DNA of 64,000 nt from the human T2T-CHM13v2.0 reference genome, Homo sapiens. The DNA is taken from the NCBI RefSeq assembly GCF_009914755.1, contig NC_060927.1. One strand, written 5' to 3'. Both the position numbers and the translations under genes were made by a program. The notes under the pieces are model-generated. The model was given only the letters and a program-made list of their open reading frames with translations. It did no database searches and was not told the DNA's origin. Positions 22,586 through 34,531 of the stretch are shown piece by piece; position 1 is the first letter of the stretch; every line of letters starts with the position of its first letter.

Positions 22586-24383
22586 ATACAGAAGGTCTAA
22601 ACAGGGTCTGAGGCCCTCCTTGTCTTTGAGGAAGAGTTAAATGTTAGCTTTCCAGATTGACTCTGGACTGATCTTGGCCTTATACAAGTCAGAAAGAAGT
22701 GAGTGATAGCTCACCCACAGGGGCTAGATCTGAGTCAGACTGGAAGAAGTCGGCACACTCAGGGTAACGGCAGCTGCCTAAAAGCCAAGCGCTGGGCATT
22801 TTTATGTTGCAGCTAAGGCCAGCATGCTGCATTATGGATGAGCTCATGTGCCATGGCAAACAGTTTAAGAACGATGCTTATATTTAATGAATCCTAAATG
22901 GTTTATTACAGAGGGTCAAGTTTCTGCTTCCTGTGGGAATTTGACATTTATGAAAATGCACGCACATTAATTATTCAGTGGAGACGTCCTTCCTATGGAA
23001 ATTCACTTTCCTGTACACTCGACAGGACTACATTCCCTGTCTGCATGGGCTACTTTGTTGTTAATCCTCTAAGCATTAATTAAATAAAATTTGCAACCGA
23101 GCCAGGATGCATCTACCCTCAAATGTTATGCAAAAGACAGTTAAATGCTGTTTGATTTTTCCTGCTAGTAGCCAATCATTACCCATAGCTATTTATGTTC
23201 TTCCTTTTGTTCTTTAAAGCATAAACCTGGTATCTCTTCCCACTGAGAAGAAAACTACGCTCAGTAATTAAATTACACCACATTAAACTTACTTAAGTTC
23301 ACCAGCAGGGAAAATTCCGTGCCCCTGGGTTTAACAGTAAGTCCTAATCACGCTTGCAAGCCATATCTTTTCTGTGAGTTGTTATAGTTTTCATTCCTGG
23401 AATTCCATTAAAAATGGTAATGTCATTACTCCTGTTACTGCTCAAAACCAACAGCATAATCCTGAATTTTAATTAGTAATTACAATTAATCATTATTTCA
23501 TTAATGAAATGTTTAGTTGGTAATTGTCTTTGAGCACCTTACTCCCTAGGCTTATAAGCATTTCATAACATCTAATTTGTTGCCTGTTTCTGATGAAGTG
23601 GCACTGTCAACCTTATTTTATGTTAACACTTTGATGGGGCTCTGCATCCCAGGCCTGCACCACCGGCTGCATATTTACACCTTGGAAATGTGTGGCTTCT
23701 GGCTCTCGATAAGGTTCGCCTGAGGACGTACCCTCGCATTCTTTCCTGCCAGCTTAAGAAGGCGACTGTTTGTGCTCCCAGAGAGCACAGCATGTGAAGA
23801 GAGAAATAATAATTCCTGGAACGCTTACTTAATAATAAATCTGGGATCCAAATTCATGGATTTTTGAGAGGGGATAGAGCAAGGATTTGGAGGTAGTCTT
23901 TGGAACAGGAAGGTTGATTTTAAAAGAGCTTAAAGAATTAAGAATAAGCTGGGAGGGTTGTCAAGAATTTAACACGAGGCAAGATTTTTGTTGATCCTTT
24001 TGCAATAGCAAAGATATTCTTATTTATTAGGATGGTTTTTTAGGGGTGAGGGGAAGCTTGTCTTCCCCACCAAAAGGTCAGGGACCCAAGTATGCCTTGC
24101 ACACAGTTGTATTCCTAGCTCCTGGTGCGGGGTTGGGCATACACGTGACTCAATAAACAGCTAGATAAGTCATTGTTCCTGCATGGCCTATGGTTAGGCT
24201 ATGAAGGGGGTAACTGAGGTACAAGAGTTAATGGTGGTTTGGTGATGGTAGCAGGGTGTGGGATGCTAGGAGATGCCAAATCAGTGGGCTGGTGTGCTCA
24301 CAAATGACCTGATGTCATAGTTGTCTGTCACTGACAATTCTAAAAGGACGGATTCATCCGACTGCCCTCTATGTAAAAAAATT

Positions 24384-24384
<1 letters not shown>

Positions 24385-24420
<36 letters not shown>
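24385..24420. repeat. (CA)n microsatellite, (AC)15 pure core
   Basis: Read directly from the sequence. Confidence 0.97.
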
Positions 24421-24422
<2 letters not shown>

Positions 24423-25620
24423 GACGGTGAATTATTCAGGGAGGAGAAAGCCTGCTATCCTTGGCAAATTAAACAAGGAGGATTTGAGCAAAGAAAAGAT
24501 GTGCTGCTGTTATTTCAAGGAAGTATTCACAGCTTCAGAATTAAAACTGAGATGGAACAACATCAGACTTGTTGGAAAATGCTCCGCGTCTGTGGTGTAT
24601 TTCAGACAAGTTAGTCAGAAAATTCAAAATATCTGGAAGAAATAAATGACGGCCAACAGTTTGGTGTTGGCCACCAGGTGCCAGAGCACGTATGGTCTTG
24701 GCCTAAGGTGAGTGAAAGACAGGTTTCTGGGTCAAGACAGGTGTTTCCAAATGGCAATTTTTGAGGCTGCTGACATTTTACAAAATAAAAGAATGTGATA
24801 AAGCTTAAGTTTTTGGTTGTATTTTATAAATGTCTATATTTAAGAAGTTCATGCTTTAGCACACATAAGACATTCAACAAGTCATTTGGAAATAACATCA
24901 AATGTCGAAATTTGAGACCCTTTATAATTAGGAGTGGAGGACCAAGTGGACTCCATCCCTTGTCCCCACATAGGTCCTATTTCTTTCCTAGGCCACACAG
25001 CTTTTAAACATAATATTTCTCCCCTATTATCCTTCAGTATTTATAGAGCATCCGGCCTGTGCTAGGAGCTTGAAAAGACAGTCCCTCTCTCATGGAGCTC
25101 CCAATATAGAGGCCCTTTCCCTTTGGACTTTCTTCTACTGGAAATTGCCTTTTCTTGTGTAGTTCCCTTTGCTGACTCTGCTTGTCCTCCTGTTCTCACA
25201 AAGGCTACCATGCAGTGGGGGAATAAATATGAAAAAAAATATAAGATCATTGCACTGCAGAGTGAAGGAGCAAATCCCTTAACAGTCATGAGTACACATT
25301 CCAGCTCATGAGCATAAAGCCACACTATTCATAGAAATGGGTGATACTGATTGTACACTTACCATGTGTGAATATTGTGCTTAGTATATCACATGGATTA
25401 CATCACTTCACCTGCTTCGGAGAACCTGGATTGAGCATAATGGAAATTAAGAGTTGGCCCATCCCTAGATCCACATCTGTTACCTGCTTTGCTGGCTGCC
25501 TGGGAATGAGGTCTTGTCTGTCTGTTTTTTGTTTTTTTAACTTCAGCTTTGGCCTGGAGCTGCAGCCCAGGCCACTATGGAAGGAAAGGGAATGTAGCCT
25601 TTATAAAATCATCTATAGCC

Positions 25621-26248
25621 TGGTGGGAATGTCAACTAGTACAACCACTATGGAAAACAGTGTGGAGATTCCTTAAATAACTAAAAGGGGAATTACCATT
25701 TGATCCAGCAATCCCACTGCTGGGTATCTACCTAGAGGAAAAGATGTCATTATATGAAAAAAAATACTTGCACACACATGTTTATAGCAGAATAATTCGC
25801 AATTGCAAAAATGTGGAATCAACCCAAATGTCTATCAGTCAATAAGTGGATAAAGAAATTGTGGTATATATATATACAATGGACTACTACTCAGCCATAA
25901 AAAGGAATGAATGAATTAATGGCATTCGCAGCAACCTGGATGAGATTGGAGACTATTGTTCTAAGTGAAGTAACTCAGGAATGAAAAACCGAACACTGTA
26001 TGTCCTCACTTATAAGTGGGAGCTAAGCTATGAAGACACAAAGGCATAAAAATGACACAGTGGACTCTGGGGACTCAAGGGAAAAGAGTGGGAGGGGGGT
26101 GAGGGATGAAAGACTACACATCGGGTACAGTGTACACTACTTGGGTGGTGTGTGCACCAAAATCTCACAAATCACCACTAAAGAACTTATTCATGTAACC
26201 AAATACTGCCTGTTCCCCAATAACCTATAGAAATAAAAAAAAAAATTT
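25621..26248 (+). mobile_element. L1PB1-like 5'-truncated L1 (end of ORF2 plus 3' UTR) with TSD
   Basis: accactatggaaaacagtgtggagattcc...gagctaagctatgaagac...tgcaccaaaatctcacaaatcaccactaaagaactt, then an A tail. TSD aaatcatctatagcc (25606-25620) vs aaatcagctagagcc (26249-26263), 13/15. Confidence 0.93.
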
Positions 26249-26449
26249 AAATCAGCTAGAGCCAAGCAGAAATAATAAGGAAAGTGAATTCCAAGAAAAA
26301 GTATGGAATTCTCTTCAAAGCATAACAGAAAATGTTTTGCCATTTCTGGTTGTTGTCATGAAGCAAAAAAACCCACTTGCCCACTTGGCATGTCTTACCT
26401 GACAAAAACTACAAAGAAAGGCCTGCCCAGGGTTTCTGCAAGTCCTGGA

Positions 26450-26650
26450 TCTGGGAGGCTGTGTCTCACAGAGAGTGACAGCCAAGACTGAATAACTGTG
26501 AGACTGTGGGCAAGCTGGTGAGTTCTTCTGTGCCTCAAGTTCCTCTATGTAAATGGGGACAGTGATCCTTGCTCTTGGGCTTGTTGGGAGGATTCCATGG
26601 AATGATATGTGACACCTGGCACACAGTGTACACTCAGTTATCATCACATA
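26450..26650 (+). mobile_element. MIR SINE
   Basis: ttctgtgcctcaagttcctctatgtaaatggggacagtgat...gttgggaggattccatgg...cctggcacacagtgtacactca. Confidence 0.75.
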
Positions 26651-27800
26651 TGTCATCTTCAATATGATTTTTGCCAATTAGATGTGGACTTTTTGCGTTC
26701 ATTAAAAATTTAAACAAACAATAATAACAACAATCACAGTGAGTTTGGGTTTATAATACTGTGGATTTCTTCCTTGGCATGATTGGAGATAAAAGAAGGA
26801 ACATTCCATGTGATGCTGTGAGGTCCCAGGAAAGGTGTGACAGAGAATCCTGAGTCATGCTTACCTGTCATTACTAGTGGGAATGAGAGCCATCTGGGAT
26901 GACCTAAGTGCATATTGTTTGCAGACAGTGATAGGTGCTCAGGGAGCAGGAAAGTGGAGCATGAACTCACAATAGAAGGTAGGAGCAGAGACAATCAAGT
27001 CCTATCCTACCAGATCAACTGAGAGATTTCTATTCCCTAAAGTTCCACAGTCTTTGTACCCCTCTCACCATGTCAACTTTGCTCTCCTTGAACGATCTTA
27101 TCCCCTCTCTTGAACCATACTCCCTGTTTTTCTCACATTTACGTCCCCTTCAGGATATGGCAAATTGTCTTATGCTCAGGAAACATTTGCTGAATGAATC
27201 CTCTGGAGATCTTCAGAAAATCAGCATATTCCAAATGAAGTGACTGAGACTTAAGCAAGAGACCCAGGGTGGGATGGACAGACTCTTGAATAGCATCTTG
27301 ATCTAGACCAGTATAAACTCGTGGGACCTAAACAAAAGTGGACCTTTGTTCAGTGAAGAAGATTCCCAGGGAGCAGGTAGAAGCAGATGGAGCTAACTCC
27401 AGATACAGGCTGTGCTCTCCGCAGACCCCAGCGTCTTCGTAGATAGGAGGTTTAGCAGATGGTGTTTTTGCATTAAGTTTCTAAATTACCATCTATAAGA
27501 TCCTCTGTTTTCTAAAAACTAGTTGCCTTAAGGCTTTAAGATTTTAATGTAATTTTAATGTTTGTGTGTGTTGTTAGTGTACCTGTTTCTCAGGTTTGCT
27601 ATCCCAGATAGGTTATTTGCTAAGATCAGAAGAAAATCAATTGGCAAAAGAACATGCTCACATGTTACATGTTATTACCAGTTGGAACAAGAGCCATCTG
27701 GGATGTAAGACTATCCACCAAACGGGTGTGTGGAACTGTCCCTTGGCATTGCACAGGAGGACCACTTTTAGTATGATTTCCTGTGCTGTGGCTATGACAT

Positions 27801-27960
27801 CAGGGAGGCTGAGGCAGGATCACTTGAGGCCGGGAGGTCGGGGCTGCATAATGAGTTCTGATCGTGCCACTGTACTCCACCCTGGGAGACAGAGCAACAC
27901 CCGTCACTAAAAAAAAAAAAAAAAAAGAAAGAAAGAAAGAAAAGAAAAAAGAAAAAGAAG
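27801..27960 (+). mobile_element. Alu right-arm fragment (AluJ/FRAM-like) with A/(GAAA)n tail
   Basis: gggaggctgaggcaggatcacttgaggccgggaggtc...gccactgtactccaccctgggagacagagc followed by a long A-rich tail. Confidence 0.88.
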
Positions 27961-29814
27961 AACAAATTCAGAAGCTACAATAGGAATAGTTCAGAAACCA
28001 TCCTCCAGCCTTTTAAAGGCACAGAAGAGCTTTGTTTCACATTCGTTTCGGCTTCCAAAGCAACTAGTCAAGTCAGTTTCACCTGTTTTATTCACAACAG
28101 TTATCTCTCCAATCCAGATTCCTTCTTTAAAAAAAGGGAAGAAAAAACATTCTCATATTTCTTGTTTTGCTAGCAAGAAATGAGCTGCAGAACACTTTCA
28201 GAGATCCACTAGCTGTTTTCCTTAAGCTGAGGCTGAGAGCTTCAGGGGCACTCCAAAGAAAGAAAGAAAGGAAAGATAAAACAAAGGACGAGAGGCTGGG
28301 GGGAAGAAAGAGAGGAAGGGAGGGAGAAACTATAGAGACCACTGTGTGGACACCCACAACTTCTGGTTCTGAGGCTGGTGGGAAAGGAATTTGCAATAGA
28401 AGAGGAGGGGAACTGAGAGGAGAGCACTGTATTAAGAGCTTATAGGAATTCTAAAAAGAAAAAAAAAGGAGGCCTTTGATCCATTCCAAAGAGGGAGGCA
28501 GAAAACTTCAAAGCAGAATAACAGTCCCCTGCACTCTGCCCTACTCTAAGTACCCGGAGCATTCATTATGAATCAGCCCACCTCCCCTCGGCCCACGTGG
28601 GGCTGTGCAAGCCAGACACGCAATTCAGACCCACAGCTTGTTCAGCCTCCCCGAGAACACAGCGTGTGCAAGGTTTGGGAATGGAAATATAGCAGGGTGC
28701 CCACTCCTAAGTGGGGTTAATTCACGGATGTGGAAGGAATCTCTACCTTTCGCAGAGACTGCTAGAAACACCAGCTTCCCTTCTTTCTCTTCAAAGGAAG
28801 ATGGTGTTTTTTTCTCCTTAATCCTGAGTCATTTACAGTAAGATACACGTAAATAATAGTCCAGGAGGTAAAATGTGATCTACACAGTCTCTACCTCAAA
28901 AATAAGTTTTTTGGGGGACTTGTTTACCATTCCGAATGTGACCCGGCAGCCCTTTACAAAAAGTAACATTTGCTTTTATTAGATACAGCAGATCTATTTC
29001 TGTGAGCACCGCAGATGTAACTGGGATTCATTTTTACTGGATGTCTCAGAAGACCGGGCCGACTGCCAGCTCTCCTGGACACAGGAAGTTACAGGGTGCG
29101 GTCACTTCTGCTCACCCATTTCTCCTTCAACAGCGCAGATCACATGCACAGAGTTCTTAGGAGACAGGTCTTCCCCAAGGCAAAGGCACACAGAAATGCT
29201 TTCCTTCCCAGCTGCCCCTTGATGAAAGAAACTAAACACCTCTTCAGCATGGATATGACACTAGCCCTCGGCTTCTTATTTTTTGCAATGACTACTCTGT
29301 GTCAGAGTCAGTAAAAATCGCAATGCAGAGAAGAGAGATAAAAAGAAACATCCTGGAGAATTCTCCTGGTTATTTTTAAAATATTGTCTCTGTTGACTTG
29401 AAGTGGTGTAGAAACAGTTCCATATGCTGTGTTTCTTTTTTCCTGTTGCATCTTATAGTTTAAACATAGATCTTTTATCGGATACAACTTCTGTTAACAA
29501 TATGGCCTACTGGGTTAGCAAAGAAACCGTTCTTTTCTTACAGTTCTGGATTTGGGGAGGTTGCTCACATTTAACTGTGGAAAGCATTATGCTCTTACGG
29601 TCTTTGCCAATTCTTTTCTGTAACACAAACCTAAATTACATACCAATTTCTCGAGGTTCTTGCCTAGTTTGGACCAAATTAGGTCCCACAAATTCCTGAT
29701 CTTAGCAACTGTGTCTCTCAGTTATTTTCCGTGAGACAATATGTTTGTCTGTACTTCATATTGCTTTGTGGAGACAATTACCAGTGCTATATCCCTATTT
29801 TTCTTTTTCTTGAA

Positions 29815-30094
29815 AAAAAATTTAATTTTTAGAAATTATTTGTATAGGAAAAATGTTAAAATAGAAATAAGAATATAACCTCTTTGACCACCCTGCTCCA
29901 GTCCTGGTCCCCTCCCTGGAGGTAGCCGTATTAGCAGACAGGCTCGTGTTCTTCCAGACATTTTTCTGTATATTTGCACACATCTAAATACATAGTCATA
30001 TGTCTTGTTTTTGTTGTTACCATCATTATACAAATGGAATCATACCATAGAACAGATGCCTCATAATTTATTTACCTATTCCTCTATTAATGGA
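29815..30094 (-). mobile_element. L1ME-type 3' fragment
   Basis: ccctccctggaggtagcc...cttccagacatttttctgtatat...caaatggaatcata...tttatttacctattcctctattaatgga. Confidence 0.55.
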
Positions 30095-30485
30095 TGCTAC
30101 GGTCTGAATGTATCTCTTCAAAATTCATGTTGGAACTTAAGACCCAATGTGACAGTATTAAGAGGAGCCTTTGGGGAAGTGATTAAGACATGGGGGCTCT
30201 ACCCTCATGAATGGACTTAGTGCCTATATAAAAGACACTGAAGCAAGCACTCTGGTCCCTTCTCCCTTCCACCATGTGAGGACACAGTGTTTGTCTCTTT
30301 CTTCCTGTGAGGACACAACAAGAAGACTCCATGCCAGAAGCAGAGGGCAAGCCCTCACCAGAAACCCAATCCGCTGGCACCTTGATCTTGGACTTCCCAG
30401 GCTCCAGAACTATGACTAATAAACTTCTTTTTTAAATTACCCAGGCTAAGGTATTTTATTGTAGAAACAGGAATGGACTAAGACA
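30095..30485 (+). mobile_element. MST-type (MSTC/MSTD-like) MaLR solo LTR
   Basis: TGCTACGGTCTGAATG...gccctcaccagaaacc...ccttgatcttggacttcccaggctccagaact...GGACTAAGACA. Near-TSD atgga/atgaa. Confidence 0.88.
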
Positions 30486-30846
30486 ATGAATATATACCTT
30501 GCCTGTTAATTTGCTGAGAACCAAGGTTTCATTTTCAACATTTACTAGCTAATCTAGCCTAGAGAAGTACAAAGAACCCAGGACTTGGATTTTAGTCCAA
30601 CAATACTACTAATGTCCAGGTAATCTTCGGCAAATGATCATCCTCTTTGGGCCAACATATCCTCAGCTGTCAGACCAGTGGGCATGTACAGTGAACAACT
30701 TAGTACCAGGTACTACAACAACTTACACATGCCTAGGCCCCAGGGCACCATGGTGATTCTGATTCAAAGCTAGGGCTAAGATTGGCTACCCTTAGCAAAG
30801 AAGAGTTACTGATGTGTAGGTGAGAAAAATGTCTCACGATTTAGAA

Positions 30847-31067
30847 CAGGATGGGACAAACTACATCCCATGAACCAAATCAGACCTGCCACCTATTATT
30901 ATAAATAAAGTTTTATTGGAACACAGCAATGCTCGTTTGTTTATATATTGTCTTTGGCTGCTTTAGTGCTAAAGTGGCAGAGCTGAGTAGTTTCAACAGA
31001 GATCTCATGACTCACAAAGCCTAACATATTTGTCACTGGGTACCTTGCAAATGTTTGCAGACCTCTG
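30847..31067 (+). mobile_element. MER58A (hAT-Charlie MITE)
   Basis: caggatgggacaaactac...aaataaagttttattggaacacagc...ggcagagctgagtag...tgtttgcagacctctg. Degenerate 8-bp TSD atttagaa/ctttggaa. Confidence 0.88.
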
Positions 31068-31199
31068 CTTTGGAAAGATCCCTATGGTCACACAGAGGGT
31101 GGGGAAGGAAGACAATTTAGAGTGGTGGTGGTGATGGGGGTCTGAGTCAGGGCAAGAGAAAAGAACAATGTGCGAGACACAACACAGGCAGAAGCACAG

Positions 31200-31660
31200 A
31201 AGTTGTGACTGACTGAATGGATAAAAGTATGAGAAACAGAAGTTACCAGTTTCATATTTCCAACTTGGAGGCTTGGGTGATTGTCATTAACCAAGATGAG
31301 TGTCATGAAAGGAAAGAAGATGTTTATGGGAAGGTGAGTAAGATTCGAATTAGGGACTTTCTGAATTCAAAGTGCAGATAAAGGTGTCCAGGAAGCAGTT
31401 GGAAATATGAGTCTAATATTCAGGAGAGAGGTGGGGCTGGAGGTCAAGCTTGAGCGCCACCATCTTGGAGATGAGAGCAGGTTTCAGGTGAGCAGACCAG
31501 ACCAAAGAGGGAAAAACATAGAGGCAAGATATTTGAGGAAGAAATTCTGAGAAACCCCAACAGTTAAAGGACTGGCAAAGGAATAAACCTGAGAAGGAGC
31601 AATCAGAAGAGTAGAAGAAAACAAACATGATAATATTTGTGAAAGCAGAAGCAACTGATG
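31200..31660 (-). mobile_element. L2 fragment
   Basis: gtgtccaggaagcagttggaaatatgagtctaatattcaggagagaggtggggctggag...gagaaggagcaatcagaagagtagaagaaaac. Confidence 0.7.
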
Positions 31661-32139
31661 TTGGCTTTTATAAGAGGTCTTTGTTGGGCTCATGTCGGGG
31701 TAAAGAGTGCTCTGAGGATTTGGTGCCTCTTGTCAGTGTCCTGTGGTGGCTTCCATAGAAAACACTCCACACCCATTATCTGCAAGGAGACAGCTGCAGT
31801 TTTGCCTCTTCATGTGGTTTCCTCAAACCCACCCCCTGGGAAGTGCAATATGATTCTCTCACAGAGCAGATGGGATGCTAACTGGAATCACCTCTGCCTT
31901 GCAGAGTTCTCCCTCAGTTGCTCCAACAGTGCCTGGTAGTGTAAACAAGACTGGCTTACCAGTGCAGCATTCAATACCAGTGCTTACCCAGCAGCCATTC
32001 AACCAGTCCTGCTGATGCCCCACCATGTGCCAGCCACCAAAGCATCTAGTGCCAAGATTACAACTGTTTCCTTCTGCTCCTGGTTCTTAGAGTTTTTTTT
32101 TAAAAAAAATATATAAATGATCTGCATTTAGTGATATAT

Positions 32140-33760
32140 TTATTTTTAATTTTTTTATTTCCATAGGTTTTTGGGGGAACAAGTGGTATTCGGTTACATG
32201 AGCAAGTTCTTCAGTGGTGATTTGTGAGATTTTGGTGCACCCAACACCTGAACAGTATACACTGAACCCAATTTGAGTCTTTTATCCCTCACCCCCACCA
32301 ATGCTTTCCCCCGAGTCTCCAAAGTCCATTGTATTATTCTTATGCCTTTGCATCCTCATAGCTTAGCTCCCACATATGACTGAGAACATACAATGTTTGG
32401 TTTTCTATTCCTGAGTTACTTCACTTAGAATAATAGTCCCCAGTTCCATCCAGGTTGCTGTGAATGCCATTAATTTGTTCCTTTTTATAGCCAAGCAGTA
32501 TTCCATTGTATACATATACCACAATTTCTTTATCCACTTGTTGACTGATGGGCATTTGGGCTGTCCATATTTTTGCAATTGTGAATTGTGCTGCTATGAA
32601 CATGTGTGTGCAAGTACCTTTTTTGTATAATGACTTCTTTTCCTCTGGGTAGATACCCAGCAGTGGGACTGCTGGATCAAATGGTAGTTCCATTTTTAGT
32701 TCTTTAAGGAATCTCCACACTGTTTTCCATAGTGGTTATACTAGTTTCCATTCCCATCAGCAGTGTAGAGGTGTTCCCTTTTCACAGCATCCACGCCAAC
32801 ATCTATTACTTTCTGATTTTTTTTTATCATGGCCATTCTTGCAGGAGTAAGGTAGTATCATATTGTGGTTTTGATTTGCATTTCCCTGATCATTAGTGAT
32901 ATCGAGCATTTTTTCATATATTTTTTGACCATTTGTACATTGTCTGTTGAGAATTGTCTATTTACATCCTTAGCCCACTTTTTGATGGGATTGTTTGTTT
33001 TTTTCTTGCTAATTTATTTGAGTTCCTTATAGATTCTGGATGTTCGTCTTTTGTCAGATATATAGATTGTCAAGATTTTCTCACACTCTGTGGGTTGTCT
33101 ATTTAGTCTGCTGACTGTTCCTTTTGCTGTGTAGAAGCTCTTTAGTTTAATTAAGTCCCACCTATTTATCTTTGTTTTTGTTGCATTTGCTTTTGGGTTC
33201 TTGGTCATAAAGTCTGCCTAAGCCAATGTCTAGAAGGGTTTTTTCTGATATTATCTTCCAGAACTTTTATTCTTTCAGGTCGTAGATTTAAGTCCTTGAT
33301 TCATGTTCTGTTGATTTTTGTATAAGGTGAGAGATGAGGATCCAGTTTTATTCTCCTACGTGTGACTTGCCAATTATCCCAGCACCATTTGTTGAATAGG
33401 ATGTCTTTTCCCCATTTCTGTTTTTGTTTGCTTTGTTGAAGATCAATTGACTGTAAGTATTTGGGTTTATTTCTTGGTTCACTATTCTGTTCCATTGGTC
33501 TATGTGCCTATTTTTAACCATGCTGTTTTGGTGACTATGGCCTTATAGTATAGTTCAAAGTCAAGTAATGTGATGCCTCCAGATTTGTTCTTTTTGCTTA
33601 GTCTTGCTTTGGCTATGTGGGCTCTTTTTGGTTCCATATGAATTTTAGAATTGTTTTCTCTAATTCTGTGAAGAATGATGGTGGTATTTTTATGGGAATT
33701 GCATTGAATTTGTAGACTGCTTTAGGCAGTATGGTCATTTTCACAATATTGATTCTACTC
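32140..33760 (-). mobile_element. L1PB1-like L1, non-inverted 3' segment (ORF2 C-terminus plus 3' UTR)
   Basis: Minus-strand ORF2p fragments [48 protein letters not shown] and [24 protein letters not shown]; L1PB 3' UTR near 32160-32400. Confidence 0.95.
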
Positions 33761-34531
33761 AATATCCCTGAAGAACACAGATGCAAAATCCTTAAGAAAA
33801 TACTTGCTAACTGAATCCAACAGCACATCAAAAAGATAATCCACCATGATCAAGTGGGTTTCATACCAGGGATACAGGGATGGTTTCACATACACAAGTC
33901 AATAAATGTGATACACCACAAAAACAGAATTAAAAAAAAAATCACATGATCATCTCAAAAGATGCAGACAAAGCATTTGACAAAATCCAGCATTGCTTTA
34001 TGATTAAAACCCTCAGCAAAATCGGCATATAAGGGGCATACCTCAATGTCATAACAGCCATCTATGACAAACCCACAGCCAACATAATACTGCACAGGGA
34101 AAAGTTGAAAGCATTCCCTCTGAGAAACGGAACAAGACAAGGATGCCCTCTGTCACCACTTCTATTCAACACAGTACTGGAAGTCCTAGCCAGAGTAATC
34201 AGACAAGAGAGAGAAATAAAGGGCATCCAAATCGGTAAAGAGGAAGTCAAACTGTCGCTGTTTGCTGATGATATGATCATATACCTAGGAAACCCTAAAG
34301 ACTCATCCAAAAAGCTTCAGAACTGATAAGTGAATTCAACAAAGTTTCAAGATAGAAATTAACGTACACAAATCAGTAGCTCTGCTATACACTGACAGCA
34401 ACCTAGTTGAGAATCAAATCAAGAGCTCAACCCCTTTTACAATTCCTGCAAAAAATAAAATACTTCAGAATATACCTAACCAAGAGGTGAAAGAGTGTAC
34501 AAGGAAAACTACAAAACACTGCTGAAAGAAC
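33761..34531 (+). mobile_element. Inverted 5' segment of the same L1 (ORF2 reverse-transcriptase core)
   Basis: ORF 34105-34326 reads [28 protein letters not shown]...[11 protein letters not shown], the L1 RT motifs. It ends at ctgctgaaagaa, just upstream (in L1 order) of where the minus segment begins. Confidence 0.95.

Noticed and set aside
34105-34326. Reverse-transcriptase ORF (QGCPLSP, FADD) as a functional gene or retron-like system
   Set aside because: It is a 73-aa fragment of L1 ORF2p in a truncated, inverted and disrupted L1PB copy.
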